Part shown: positions 6,781 through 15,178 of the stretch, piece after piece
How positions within the stretch are numbered: position 1 is the first letter of the stretch
Layout of the letters: each line of letters starts with the position of its first letter
Source: Chlamydia trachomatis
GTDB taxonomy: Bacteria; Chlamydiota; Chlamydiia; Chlamydiales; Rhabdochlamydiaceae
DNA: 37,743 nt
Direction of reading: 5' to 3'
NCBI GenBank assembly: GCA_945861735.1
Contig: CAMAVL010000001.1
Coordinates: forward strand, 1 to 37,743
Program-made: the position numbers and the translations under genes
The notes under the pieces: generated by a model
The model's input: the letters and a program-made list of their open reading frames with translations, nothing else
Database searches by the model: none
Told to the model about the DNA's origin: nothing

Positions 6781-7674
6781 AATGGAAAGGTGAGCGAATA
6801 TACAATTTGAAGCTGCCCCCTTTTCGACATCTTCTTCGAGTAGCATTTTTGGGGTGATCCGAGTATTGCCATCGAGTTTTCGTGCAGCCCGGTTAAAGCA
6901 ATTATTTAAATGCGTTCTTTCGACTTGCTGTCCATGCAAGTTAGTGAAAATCAAGTCTTCTTTTTTCTTTTGCGTAAGAGAGCTTTTCAGCTCCAACATC
7001 ACATGTTTAGGGTACTTGACTGAAAATTTCTTGAATTTCACCAAACCCTTTCTCGAATCAATCTGATCTACCTTCAAGCTTAAAACCTCATCCATCGTCG
7101 GTGCACCAAAATAAAGAAGTTTGGCAATTAATGCGTCTCGCTCGGGTAGTAATTGCACAAATTTAATGAAGTCTTTGTACCATACAACTTTCTTAATAGT
7201 GCGCTGAAAGTCAGGGTCTTCTCCCTGCATGATTAAGCCACAAGTCGCGCGAGAAAGGTGCTGAGAAAATATGATATACGCTTCTACTGCTTTTTCCTTG
7301 TCTGGGGTACTCAGCTTTGAAGAGCATCGTATTTCTTCGATTGTGTCTCGATGATCATTAGGAGAGATATCATTCAATGTACGCAGCTGGCCTTGCTTAT
7401 TGGTCAATGACAGTAATTTTAAATCGATAATGTGAAGCATACTCTCCGTATATCTAGAAACATACTCTTTAGGAAGGTCTAGCCTTTCGAGCCAATTTGC
7501 GATCTCGGCCCCCAGAGGTATTTCACTTAACTTGAGGCGGAAATCTTCTATTGCCCCTTCTAATTGTTTCTTTCCTTGCATCATGATTTTTTCGTACTGT
7601 TGAGGAGTGCTTGAAGAGGCGTTCTTATCTGTTCTTTTTACATACTCCTGCCAGAAATTTGTTTTTATTGTCAT
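6778..7674 (-). CDS. Integrase-like protein lacking the tyrosine-recombinase catalytic residues
   Basis: A strong SD (AAGGAG) lies 5 nt upstream of ATG 7674. ERDALIAKLLYFGAPTMDEVLSLKVDQIDSRKGLV resembles recombinase box I but has no Arg. I found no HxxR motif and no terminal Tyr motif. It follows the integrase in the same operon. Confidence 0.7.
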   Translation of the reverse strand: MTIKTNFWQEYVKRTDKNASSSTPQQYEKIMMQGKKQLEGAIEDFRLKLSEIPLGAEIANWLERLDLPKEYVSRYTESMLHIIDLKLLSLTNKQGQLRTLNDISPNDHRDTIEEIRCSSKLSTPDKEKAVEAYIIFSQHLSRATCGLIMQGEDPDFQRTIKKVVWYKDFIKFVQLLPERDALIAKLLYFGAPTMDEVLSLKVDQIDSRKGLVKFKKFSVKYPKHVMLELKSSLTQKKKEDLIFTNLHGQQVERTHLNNCFNRAARKLDGNTRITPKMLLEEDVEKGAASNCIFAHLSI

Positions 7675-7682
7675 TTTTCTCC

Positions 7683-8744
7683 TTAACAGCCAAAAATTTT
7701 TTGATTCATGCTAGCGATTTCTTGCTTCTTGTGTTCTTCTGACAAGTGAGCGTATCGCTTTACCATTTGATATGACTTATGTCCTAAAATTTCCGCGATG
7801 ACGGGGAGTGCCACTCCATTCATAAGGAGATACGAGGCACAACAATGACGAAGATCGTGAAAACGAAAGTCTACAATTTTGGATTTTATTAATACTTGTT
7901 CCCAGGGGTGGCGAAGATCAATAGGCTTTTTAGGGTTGTTACTGGGAAATACCAAATCGCTTTCTGAAGAGCGTTTTGACATAAGCTCCTTTAAAACCGC
8001 ATGTGCATGTCCCGTTAGAGGAACCACCCGTATCTCTCCATTTTTGGTTTCATGAAGCGTAATTTTCTCTTTTCTAAAATCTACGTCAGACCAACGGAGG
8101 TTCATCATTTCGCCCTGACGCATTCCAGTGGCAAGTCCAAGAACTACTGCTATGTAAATATATGGATTGGTGCTGGTCTTACAAGCCTCTAGCAGTCGCG
8201 TTCTTTCATCATCGTCTAAAAACCTTACACGACCACGTGGTTGTTGTGGTTTGCATACCTTACGAAGAGGGTTATCTTCAAGCCATCCCCATTCCTTAAT
8301 GGCAACCGTGAATGTATGGGAAAGAGCCGATAGATATCGAACTACAGTCGAAGATGAGCGGATATTTCCTTTTGGGGTTTTCCCCGCTAACAAGTGGTCT
8401 CGATGCTCTCCAATTATAGCAGGCGTGACATCCACCAAAACGCAATGGCCGATCGTCTGTTTCCACCATCGCAGCTGAGCTTCTACGTTATGAGCATTCT
8501 TTGGCTTCCTTGGGAGGATTTCTGTAATGTATCGATCGATCAGATCACCCAAAGTGCGTTTTTTTGCGGCAGTTGTTTTGAAATAGCGACCCTCTTTCAT
8601 GGCCGCTTCAGTTTTCTGAGCCCATCGCTTGGCGTCCGTTTTACGATCAAAGGTGGCCGTTTGCTGTGGAAAGCCTCTTAGACGGATCTGTACGCGGTAT
8701 TTTGTCTTCCCGTCATCTCCGTTGCGTTCCTCAATATGCGCCAT
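7683..8744 (-). CDS. int: Tyrosine site-specific integrase
   Basis: ATGMRQGEMMNLRWSDVDF is box I with the Arg. FHDLRHCCASYLLMNG is the HxLRH motif. LGHKSYQMVKRYAHL carries the catalytic Tyr. The start is set at ATG 8744 (AAGG about 8 nt upstream); 8750 is also possible, and the 8828 start in the track is unlikely. Confidence 0.9.
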   Translation of the reverse strand: MAHIEERNGDDGKTKYRVQIRLRGFPQQTATFDRKTDAKRWAQKTEAAMKEGRYFKTTAAKKRTLGDLIDRYITEILPRKPKNAHNVEAQLRWWKQTIGHCVLVDVTPAIIGEHRDHLLAGKTPKGNIRSSSTVVRYLSALSHTFTVAIKEWGWLEDNPLRKVCKPQQPRGRVRFLDDDERTRLLEACKTSTNPYIYIAVVLGLATGMRQGEMMNLRWSDVDFRKEKITLHETKNGEIRVVPLTGHAHAVLKELMSKRSSESDLVFPSNNPKKPIDLRHPWEQVLIKSKIVDFRFHDLRHCCASYLLMNGVALPVIAEILGHKSYQMVKRYAHLSEEHKKQEIASMNQKIFGC

Positions 8745-8892
8745 TTCCATAACCTTAAATAAAAGTCGTAATCCGCAGTCTACGATAAGTAGCAAATAAT
8801 TGCAACAGCGGATAAAAAATCCGATCACATGTTTTCATAAATCGCTTTATTACAGATGTCTAAATGTGAATGATTGAGCTGAAAATATGGAC

Positions 8893-9030
8893 TGGGGGAA
8901 ATTTGGGGGAAATCGTTGAAAAGGTCGAATCGTGTTGGGTTCTGTTAGGATTTGTTCGGAGTTGTGTTTTGCAATTCCCCCGCTATTCCCCCATTTGGGA
9001 GATAAACAGCTTAGTGGGTTGGGGGAGAAT
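8893..9030. promoter_or_regulatory. Cluster of five GGGGGA(A)AT motifs between int and the tRNA (candidate integrase arm-type or accessory-factor sites)
   Basis: tgggggaaat occurs at 8893-8902 and 8904-8913 as direct copies. Reverse-complement copies lie at 8973-8981 and 8985-8993. tgggggagaat lies at 9020-9030. In addition, aaatcgttga is repeated at 8910-8919 and 9038-9047. Confidence 0.4.
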
Positions 9031-9068
9031 AGGCTGCAAATCGTTGACTTGCAACCATGTGGAAAGGA

Positions 9069-9142
<74 letters not shown>

Positions 9143-9327
9143 ATCGTGAAATGGATGAAAATCTAAGAGTTGGATCATATCCAAGTGGGATTCCGAAATG
9201 CAAGAAAAAAGGATGAATCACTCTACGAATTCAAAAAGAATGCGGTAAAAAAATTTATTTTTTGCGTAGAAACACGCTTATTGTTTATACATTGCTCTTT
9301 AACGATTTTTTTTAAGGGAGGGCTAAA

Positions 9328-10590
9328 ATGAGAATGAGTTTAAGAATATTGGGAATTGCTTGTTTTTCTCTTTGTTGTTTTTCTCTATGTGCAGAGGAGT
9401 CGGAACCTGATTTTTCGGAGTTGGAAAGACTATCTGTTGACTCCATGAACCCATCACAGGAAATCGCCTATAATCTCTCTCCCATGCTCTCGCGGGCGGA
9501 TGGGCTGCCAATTGAGAGTTTTGAGGATGCGACAGATCCCTATCTCGAAGGGTATATCCAAGCGCTGATCGATATCCATTTTTATGAATATCGAGTGATC
9601 GTCGTTGTCAAAGATCACGTGGTTCATCTCGCGAATTTGCCAAAAAACGAACTCATCGCAAACAGTATTGTCGAATTTGTTAAGGATTTACCAGGAGTTA
9701 AAACGGTAGATGTCCGGAAGGACCTTCCAAAGGAGGAAATTGAAATACGAGAGAAATACGTCGAACAGCCGCGGGTCGATGGGATTTGGTTCCCTCAATC
9801 GACTGTTCTTTTTGCGCCCCTTGTCGCAGATCCTAGAGAGCCGACCTATTTTGCTGCTGCGCGTTTTGGAGATCAGGTGATCGGTCAGATAGTTGCTTCG
9901 GTAGCCCTTGGAGATGATTTTCCGATTTTCCGCTGGAGAAATGTATTTCCTTGGCATGGAGATCTTCAGATCGGGATTCAAGCAGGCGTCTGGGCTGTAT
10001 TTAACTATTGGCATGTTCCTAAAAAATACGAGCATGAGTCGTGTGAACTTGTGAACACGGATTATCTCGTAGGTATTCCACTTTCCTATGCTGCTGGTCG
10101 TTGGTCTTTTAGAGCGCGGGTTTATCATATTTCATCCCATTTGGGAGATGAGTTTTTAGTGAATCACCCTTGGTATCTCGATAAAAGAAAAAATCCAAGT
10201 ATGGAGGCATTTGATTTCTTTTCTTCTTACCAATGGAATCAGCATGTACGCTTCTATTGTGGCCCAGGAGTTGTTTTTCATAGCGATAAAACCTTTCCGA
10301 TTAAACCCTTATATGTAGAATATGGAACGGAGATCAGGATTTTTGGAAGAAAACTTTATTATCATCGTCTATATGGAACTCCCTTTCTTGCCATTCACAT
10401 AGAAAACTGGCAGCAGCGTTTTTGGCATTTTGATGCGACAGTTAAACTGGGCTATGAGATCAGTAAATTGCAGGGGATTGGTCGAAAGATGCGACTCTAC
10501 GTCGATTACCATCATGGCTATTCGTATGAAGGGCAATTCTTTAATGATCGTACAGAGTATGGGGAAATCGGCTTTTCTTGGGGTTTTTAA
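9328..10590 (+). CDS. Exported protein with a BON-like domain followed by a DUF1207-like (predicted outer-membrane) domain
   Basis: GGAGG SD upstream. The signal peptide is MRMSLRILGIACFSLCCFSLCA. The BON-like segment is YLEGYIQALID..VVVKDHVVHLANLP..VEFVKDLPGVKTVDV. DUF1207-like motifs are PLVADPREP and YHISSHLGDEF. Confidence 0.6.
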   Translation: MRMSLRILGIACFSLCCFSLCAEESEPDFSELERLSVDSMNPSQEIAYNLSPMLSRADGLPIESFEDATDPYLEGYIQALIDIHFYEYRVIVVVKDHVVHLANLPKNELIANSIVEFVKDLPGVKTVDVRKDLPKEEIEIREKYVEQPRVDGIWFPQSTVLFAPLVADPREPTYFAAARFGDQVIGQIVASVALGDDFPIFRWRNVFPWHGDLQIGIQAGVWAVFNYWHVPKKYEHESCELVNTDYLVGIPLSYAAGRWSFRARVYHISSHLGDEFLVNHPWYLDKRKNPSMEAFDFFSSYQWNQHVRFYCGPGVVFHSDKTFPIKPLYVEYGTEIRIFGRKLYYHRLYGTPFLAIHIENWQQRFWHFDATVKLGYEISKLQGIGRKMRLYVDYHHGYSYEGQFFNDRTEYGEIGFSWGF

Positions 10591-12701
10591 TAAAAAAACC
10601 CATCGGGTGCCTTTGGAAATTTAGGGCCGATGGGGAGTTTTCCAAAGAAGAAGTCTCGATAGATTTTTAGGCCTTGCTCAGCTGTTTGAATGCAGTAGAA
10701 GCAGTTGCTAATCCATTCTGATTTTGCAATGGTTCCAACGGATAGATTGCAGTGAAAGCGGGACGTGATTTTTTGACGCCAATAATCAGGTTCTCCAAAA
10801 AGGAGGACAGGCGTCGTCGAAACGGATCCCACTTTGCGGCGGACCTCTTCTAGACAATACTCGAAATCGGTTCCAATTCCTCCGGTTAAAATAATGGGGA
10901 AGTCTAAATGGAATTCCGCTTGCCTTTCCACTAAACGATCGAGGCGATAGGTCATTTTAGCATCGATGTAGGGATTTTGTTTTTGCTCGGTAATATTTAA
11001 GTTACTGCTATTTCTAAAATCGACGATATTTGCGCAAGAGAGGATGCCTATTTTCTTAGCCACCCGATTCCCCACTTCCATGACGCCAGGACCACCACCT
11101 GTCAGTAGTGCAATGGGAATCCCTTTATTGAGCAAGGGATGGTGGAAGTCTCCTTTCATTTCATCGATCCCTTTGAGAAGAAGGGAGAGTTCGTGTTCGA
11201 AATTTCCTTCCATTAAGTTAGACCCATAGATCCCAAAGACAGTTGCTTTGAAAAAAGTATCCACAAGGTCTTGAGGAACGAACATGCCGGAATCTTTGTT
11301 CGGCTTAGAAATGTATTGTAAGATTTTGCCAGAAGTTTGATCGACCCAAAAAACGGGGATCCCAAATTTGCTCAAATCTAAAAGCATCGAGCGGTCTTCA
11401 TGAGAGAAAAAACTTCCGTGGGAAAGAGAGGGGTATTGGAAGTAGATTGCTTTTAAACAGCGCTGAACGAGATCTGCGAGGATGAGTTGCTTCATCAGGG
11501 GAGAGGGGAGGTAGCGTGTGAGTAGAGCTCCCTGGCTTGTAATTAAGCCGTTCTCGATGCTTTTTAAAAAGGGATAGCAGGGCTGCTGTTCAATGTAACT
11601 ATTCACCATCGCTGCCTGTTGTCCTGGATGGAAGACGCCCGGGAATACATTTTTATGAGGATCCCGTTCAATCCAATCATGCTTCTGAAGGTTAAGCATC
11701 TGATCTCCCTTAACAACGAAGACAGCCGCGCGGTGGTGAAGCGGCTCTGGAGCTGTTTTAAAAGCTTTAAAAAGGGTCTCTGGATTTTCTAGACAATTTT
11801 GAAGTTGATCCCGGTCAGAAAAAAAGACGTGCTCCCGATGGGGCTCTAAAGTATAGAATTCAACGGGGATTCGCGTGATCTCTTGATTAGAAGACCCAAA
11901 TAGTTCGTAGACGTCTCCCGATGCTTTTGTGGTCGGCTCTAATACATTTGCCGAGGTGTGCGCATATCCAGCTGGTAATAATGAGTCGATAACTTTGCCA
12001 AACACCGTTCGGATATGGAGCGGGGCTGTTTTCACCAAAAGAATTTGATTTTCTTGAACGACCCTTTTTTCGAGGGGGCATTGAATCTGATTGAGCTGAA
12101 TGAGAAGGCGTAAGGGGTAATGGGGTTTTGAAAGCGCTTTAATAATTGTGGGAAGAAGGCCAGTAATCGATTTTTTATCATAAGAGAGAACCCCTTCCTG
12201 AAGTTGCAGAAAAGCGACAGTGCGCCCTTCAATTTTTTCTAAGAGAAGTTCATCGCGCCCTTCAGGGCCTCCCAAAGAAAGAAGAGGTCTGCCTTCCCGA
12301 TCGCTTCTGCCAAACATCCGTAACAGGTAATCGGGATTGCGCACCCGTCTTCTGGGATCTGCAGCAAAGAGTTTTCCTATAAAATTACCCGTTTCTAGTT
12401 GAGAGAGAAGGAGCGTGGCGATTTCTCCAAAAGAGCGCAGCTTAAGGCGAATGAGCGCAGTGCGTTTTTTTGGATCGAGCGTGTAGTCAAGGCAGTTTCC
12501 ATTAAGCCCAAGCTGGGCGAGCGTACTTTTTAAGTTAAAAGAGATGTGTTGAGAATCCAGTCCATAGCCTGCAAATGCAGGAGAAATATTTTGAATGTAG
12601 ACCTCAGCTTCAGATGTGGTTGGATTGATCTTTTTTAAAGATGTGATCTTCCCATCTGGGGTGACGAGATCATAGAGGTCAGAGTAGAGGTAGCTTTCCA
12701 T
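10587..12701 (-). CDS. LOG/TIGR00730-family (PpnN-like) domain protein with an N-terminal extension of about 500 aa
   Basis: The C-terminal part contains LLTGGGPGVMEVGNRVA and ILTGGIGTDFEYCLEE, matching the GGGxGxME and PGGxGTxxE motifs of LOG and lysine-decarboxylase-like proteins. The N-terminal region has no motif I recognise. Confidence 0.7.
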   Translation of the reverse strand: MESYLYSDLYDLVTPDGKITSLKKINPTTSEAEVYIQNISPAFAGYGLDSQHISFNLKSTLAQLGLNGNCLDYTLDPKKRTALIRLKLRSFGEIATLLLSQLETGNFIGKLFAADPRRRVRNPDYLLRMFGRSDREGRPLLSLGGPEGRDELLLEKIEGRTVAFLQLQEGVLSYDKKSITGLLPTIIKALSKPHYPLRLLIQLNQIQCPLEKRVVQENQILLVKTAPLHIRTVFGKVIDSLLPAGYAHTSANVLEPTTKASGDVYELFGSSNQEITRIPVEFYTLEPHREHVFFSDRDQLQNCLENPETLFKAFKTAPEPLHHRAAVFVVKGDQMLNLQKHDWIERDPHKNVFPGVFHPGQQAAMVNSYIEQQPCYPFLKSIENGLITSQGALLTRYLPSPLMKQLILADLVQRCLKAIYFQYPSLSHGSFFSHEDRSMLLDLSKFGIPVFWVDQTSGKILQYISKPNKDSGMFVPQDLVDTFFKATVFGIYGSNLMEGNFEHELSLLLKGIDEMKGDFHHPLLNKGIPIALLTGGGPGVMEVGNRVAKKIGILSCANIVDFRNSSNLNITEQKQNPYIDAKMTYRLDRLVERQAEFHLDFPIILTGGIGTDFEYCLEEVRRKVGSVSTTPVLLFGEPDYWRQKITSRFHCNLSVGTIAKSEWISNCFYCIQTAEQGLKIYRDFFFGKLPIGPKFPKAPDGFFY

Positions 12702-12820
12702 AATTTTAAGATGGCATATTTGGCTAATTCATGAGAATAAAAACTTGTAAAAAGTTTTTTATTATATAAGTGTTTTAAGTTTTTGTTTTAAAGTATTCTA
12801 AAATCGAGTCATTCTTTATA

Positions 12821-15178
12821 ATGGCCGAAAGAAAATCGGGGGTGTTATTTATGGCTTATTGTTTGGATCTAAAAGGCATTCATAGAAATTGGTCTTTAAA
12901 CCAGCAGTTTCTTTCAGAGTCAAGAGTGGATGTTGATGCAGGGACTCAAAAAAAATTAGAGCAATTAATCCTTCACAGCTATAGCAAAGTATCGCCCGCT
13001 AACTATTTTGAATGCGAGAAGTTAGGTCTTCAGGTAACACCCCTTTTATCTGGGTATAGTGGATATCATCGTCTCACGGGAGTAGAGTTATTGAGTAAAG
13101 TGGATGAAGACTATGCAAGGGATGCCGGATTAAAACCCAATGAAATGCATGTAATTAGCAGTCCATTATTAAGTGAAGTGATCGAGAGGGAGCTGCCTTA
13201 TCTAGATTTAAATTTAAATGTTAGCACTATAGAAGAACTTGAGATTTTGCTAGAAAATCTCCTTAAAGGTCCACTCGATAGTCCTGTATTAATTAATTTT
13301 TCGAAATTCATAACAGATCCAAGTGAATTCAAAGAAGTCGTCACCTCAATTGAAGATCTGATCATTCAAAAAATCCATACCCATTTCGGAGACTCTCTAT
13401 TAGAAAATGCGGAGTGGTTGACTAATAAGTTTTTTAGAAATCTCCATCTAATGGGTTTTGTGAATTATAAAAACGAGCATATTTTGGTCACTCCAGAATT
13501 TCTAACAAAGCAAAGATTTGATGCTGAGATTAATTCCATTATGGCCCCTTCTTGGATAAAAAATCGGGGCAATCAGCTCTATTCAATCCTCGATGATGTG
13601 ATTGCGAGAAACGGATATAGAGTCTCACCTGCGCAAGCGAAGGGCGCATGGTTGAAGGTCAAGAAATTAGAGGAGATTTTTTCGAAATTAAATATGCGTA
13701 TTACAGAATCTACCCAAGACGATAAATCTCCAGTAGTTTGTCACAGCTTTGATGACTTTTTAAGTCAGCCGATTGTATCTAAGTTTCATGCATTATCGCA
13801 AGATCCAAGCGCACCTCCCTATCTTAGAGTCGTTCCAAAAGGGACCTTTCTCCTTTTATCCGGATTAGCCAACTGCGGAGTGGATAAGGCGTTCTCTGAT
13901 AAGGGAATCGCCAAATTGCTTCAGATTGCGTATTTCCGTATGTTAAATGCGATGAATGGGGCAGTTCACGCAAAGCACGACCTTCTTAAGTTTGTGAATG
14001 AAATAGAGGTTATTCATCAAGAGATACAAACCCTTTTGACACTTGTAGAGCCACATGATTCAAGCGTTTTTTCAACGAGCATGATTCGAAGATTAAGTCC
14101 GATTGCAAATGCGTATTTAAAAGCATCTGGAATGCATTGTTTTTCAAGTGTTTGTGCAGGTGTCGAGAAACAAAAGGGGAGTCGGGAACTGCGTGTAGCT
14201 GTTTTGAGTGACTCCTACTATTATGCATCGAGTGACAATTTGAAATTAGCAAAGACATATGATGTGATTCCTGTAATGGAAGGACAGCCCTTCACGGCTA
14301 GTGGAAAAGTAGATTTGTTTATCGCCGAATTCCATCACAATATTGCGGTCGACAAAAAGGTGTATATGCCGGTTAATGTCCTTGATAAAATAAAGGGATT
14401 ATATGCTCAAGGGGTGATGGCAGATCAGTTTACAGTGTTAATAGATACGACAATTGATTTGGAAAAGTCGGAAGAAATGAAGGCGCTGTTGTCAGATCCA
14501 TTAATCAGTAAATTAATAAATGAAGGGAAGCTCAATATTGCAATCATTAGAAGCGCTCAGAAGTTTGATATGTTAGGGATGGATAACTACTATGGTGGAA
14601 TCGCCATGACTATTAATAAAAAAGAGGCGTTTAGTGAATTTAATGCCCGAATGGATGCGGTAGAAGATCAGTTAACTGGTGTGGATTATCAAGGCCTTTC
14701 CCATATCCAAAAGTATGGAGAAGGGAGTATAGACGCCTATCGAAAAGAAATTATGGATAATACCCAGCGGATGTACAAAAAAATTCCAGAAAAATTCCTT
14801 TACTCAGAAGGGTCTTCTAATCCGATGCAAATTTCTAGAATTGAAGATGATAAGATGTTTTTCTTGGATGTGAAATTTCCTAACTATCCAATTAGTCGAG
14901 GCTCTTTTATCAATGCGCTGATCCGATTTGTCGATCATAAAAAATTATTCTTCACAAGTAGAGTAAGTTTTGGATTTATGAATGCCAACTTAACTGCGAT
15001 GGATGAGGATTTACTGCGTTTTAGTGCAGGGCTTGAGTCGGAAGCTGTTTTAGATGCGTACGCTGCGTTTTTTCAAGCTGTTCAGAAGGAGATCGATCAA
15101 ACAGAACAGATACAAGAATATAGGGATGATCACCTAGCAGATCGATTAGATGCAATGGATGTGACTTCTATAATATAG
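12821..15178 (+). CDS. Large hypothetical protein, paralogue A; C-terminal half has fold-type-I PLP-enzyme-like motif order
   Basis: 785-aa ORF, clearly paralogous to 15168..17888. Motifs are SGMHCFSS, AEFHHNI, IDTTIDL, RSAQKFDMLG and SRVSFGF. An alternative start at ATG 12851 is preceded by GGGGGTG. Confidence 0.8.
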   Translation: MAERKSGVLFMAYCLDLKGIHRNWSLNQQFLSESRVDVDAGTQKKLEQLILHSYSKVSPANYFECEKLGLQVTPLLSGYSGYHRLTGVELLSKVDEDYARDAGLKPNEMHVISSPLLSEVIERELPYLDLNLNVSTIEELEILLENLLKGPLDSPVLINFSKFITDPSEFKEVVTSIEDLIIQKIHTHFGDSLLENAEWLTNKFFRNLHLMGFVNYKNEHILVTPEFLTKQRFDAEINSIMAPSWIKNRGNQLYSILDDVIARNGYRVSPAQAKGAWLKVKKLEEIFSKLNMRITESTQDDKSPVVCHSFDDFLSQPIVSKFHALSQDPSAPPYLRVVPKGTFLLLSGLANCGVDKAFSDKGIAKLLQIAYFRMLNAMNGAVHAKHDLLKFVNEIEVIHQEIQTLLTLVEPHDSSVFSTSMIRRLSPIANAYLKASGMHCFSSVCAGVEKQKGSRELRVAVLSDSYYYASSDNLKLAKTYDVIPVMEGQPFTASGKVDLFIAEFHHNIAVDKKVYMPVNVLDKIKGLYAQGVMADQFTVLIDTTIDLEKSEEMKALLSDPLISKLINEGKLNIAIIRSAQKFDMLGMDNYYGGIAMTINKKEAFSEFNARMDAVEDQLTGVDYQGLSHIQKYGEGSIDAYRKEIMDNTQRMYKKIPEKFLYSEGSSNPMQISRIEDDKMFFLDVKFPNYPISRGSFINALIRFVDHKKLFFTSRVSFGFMNANLTAMDEDLLRFSAGLESEAVLDAYAAFFQAVQKEIDQTEQIQEYRDDHLADRLDAMDVTSII

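Larger units (their letters stand above)
2073..9068. mobile_element. Decayed integrative genomic island inserted at the 3' end of tRNA(CAT); left boundary uncertain
   Basis: The order tRNA 3' end, repeat-rich spacer, integrase is the classic arrangement. The cargo consists of phage-type and accessory genes plus IS and pseudogene debris. I could not find a direct repeat of the tRNA 3' end, so the left end is only a guess. Confidence 0.6.
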
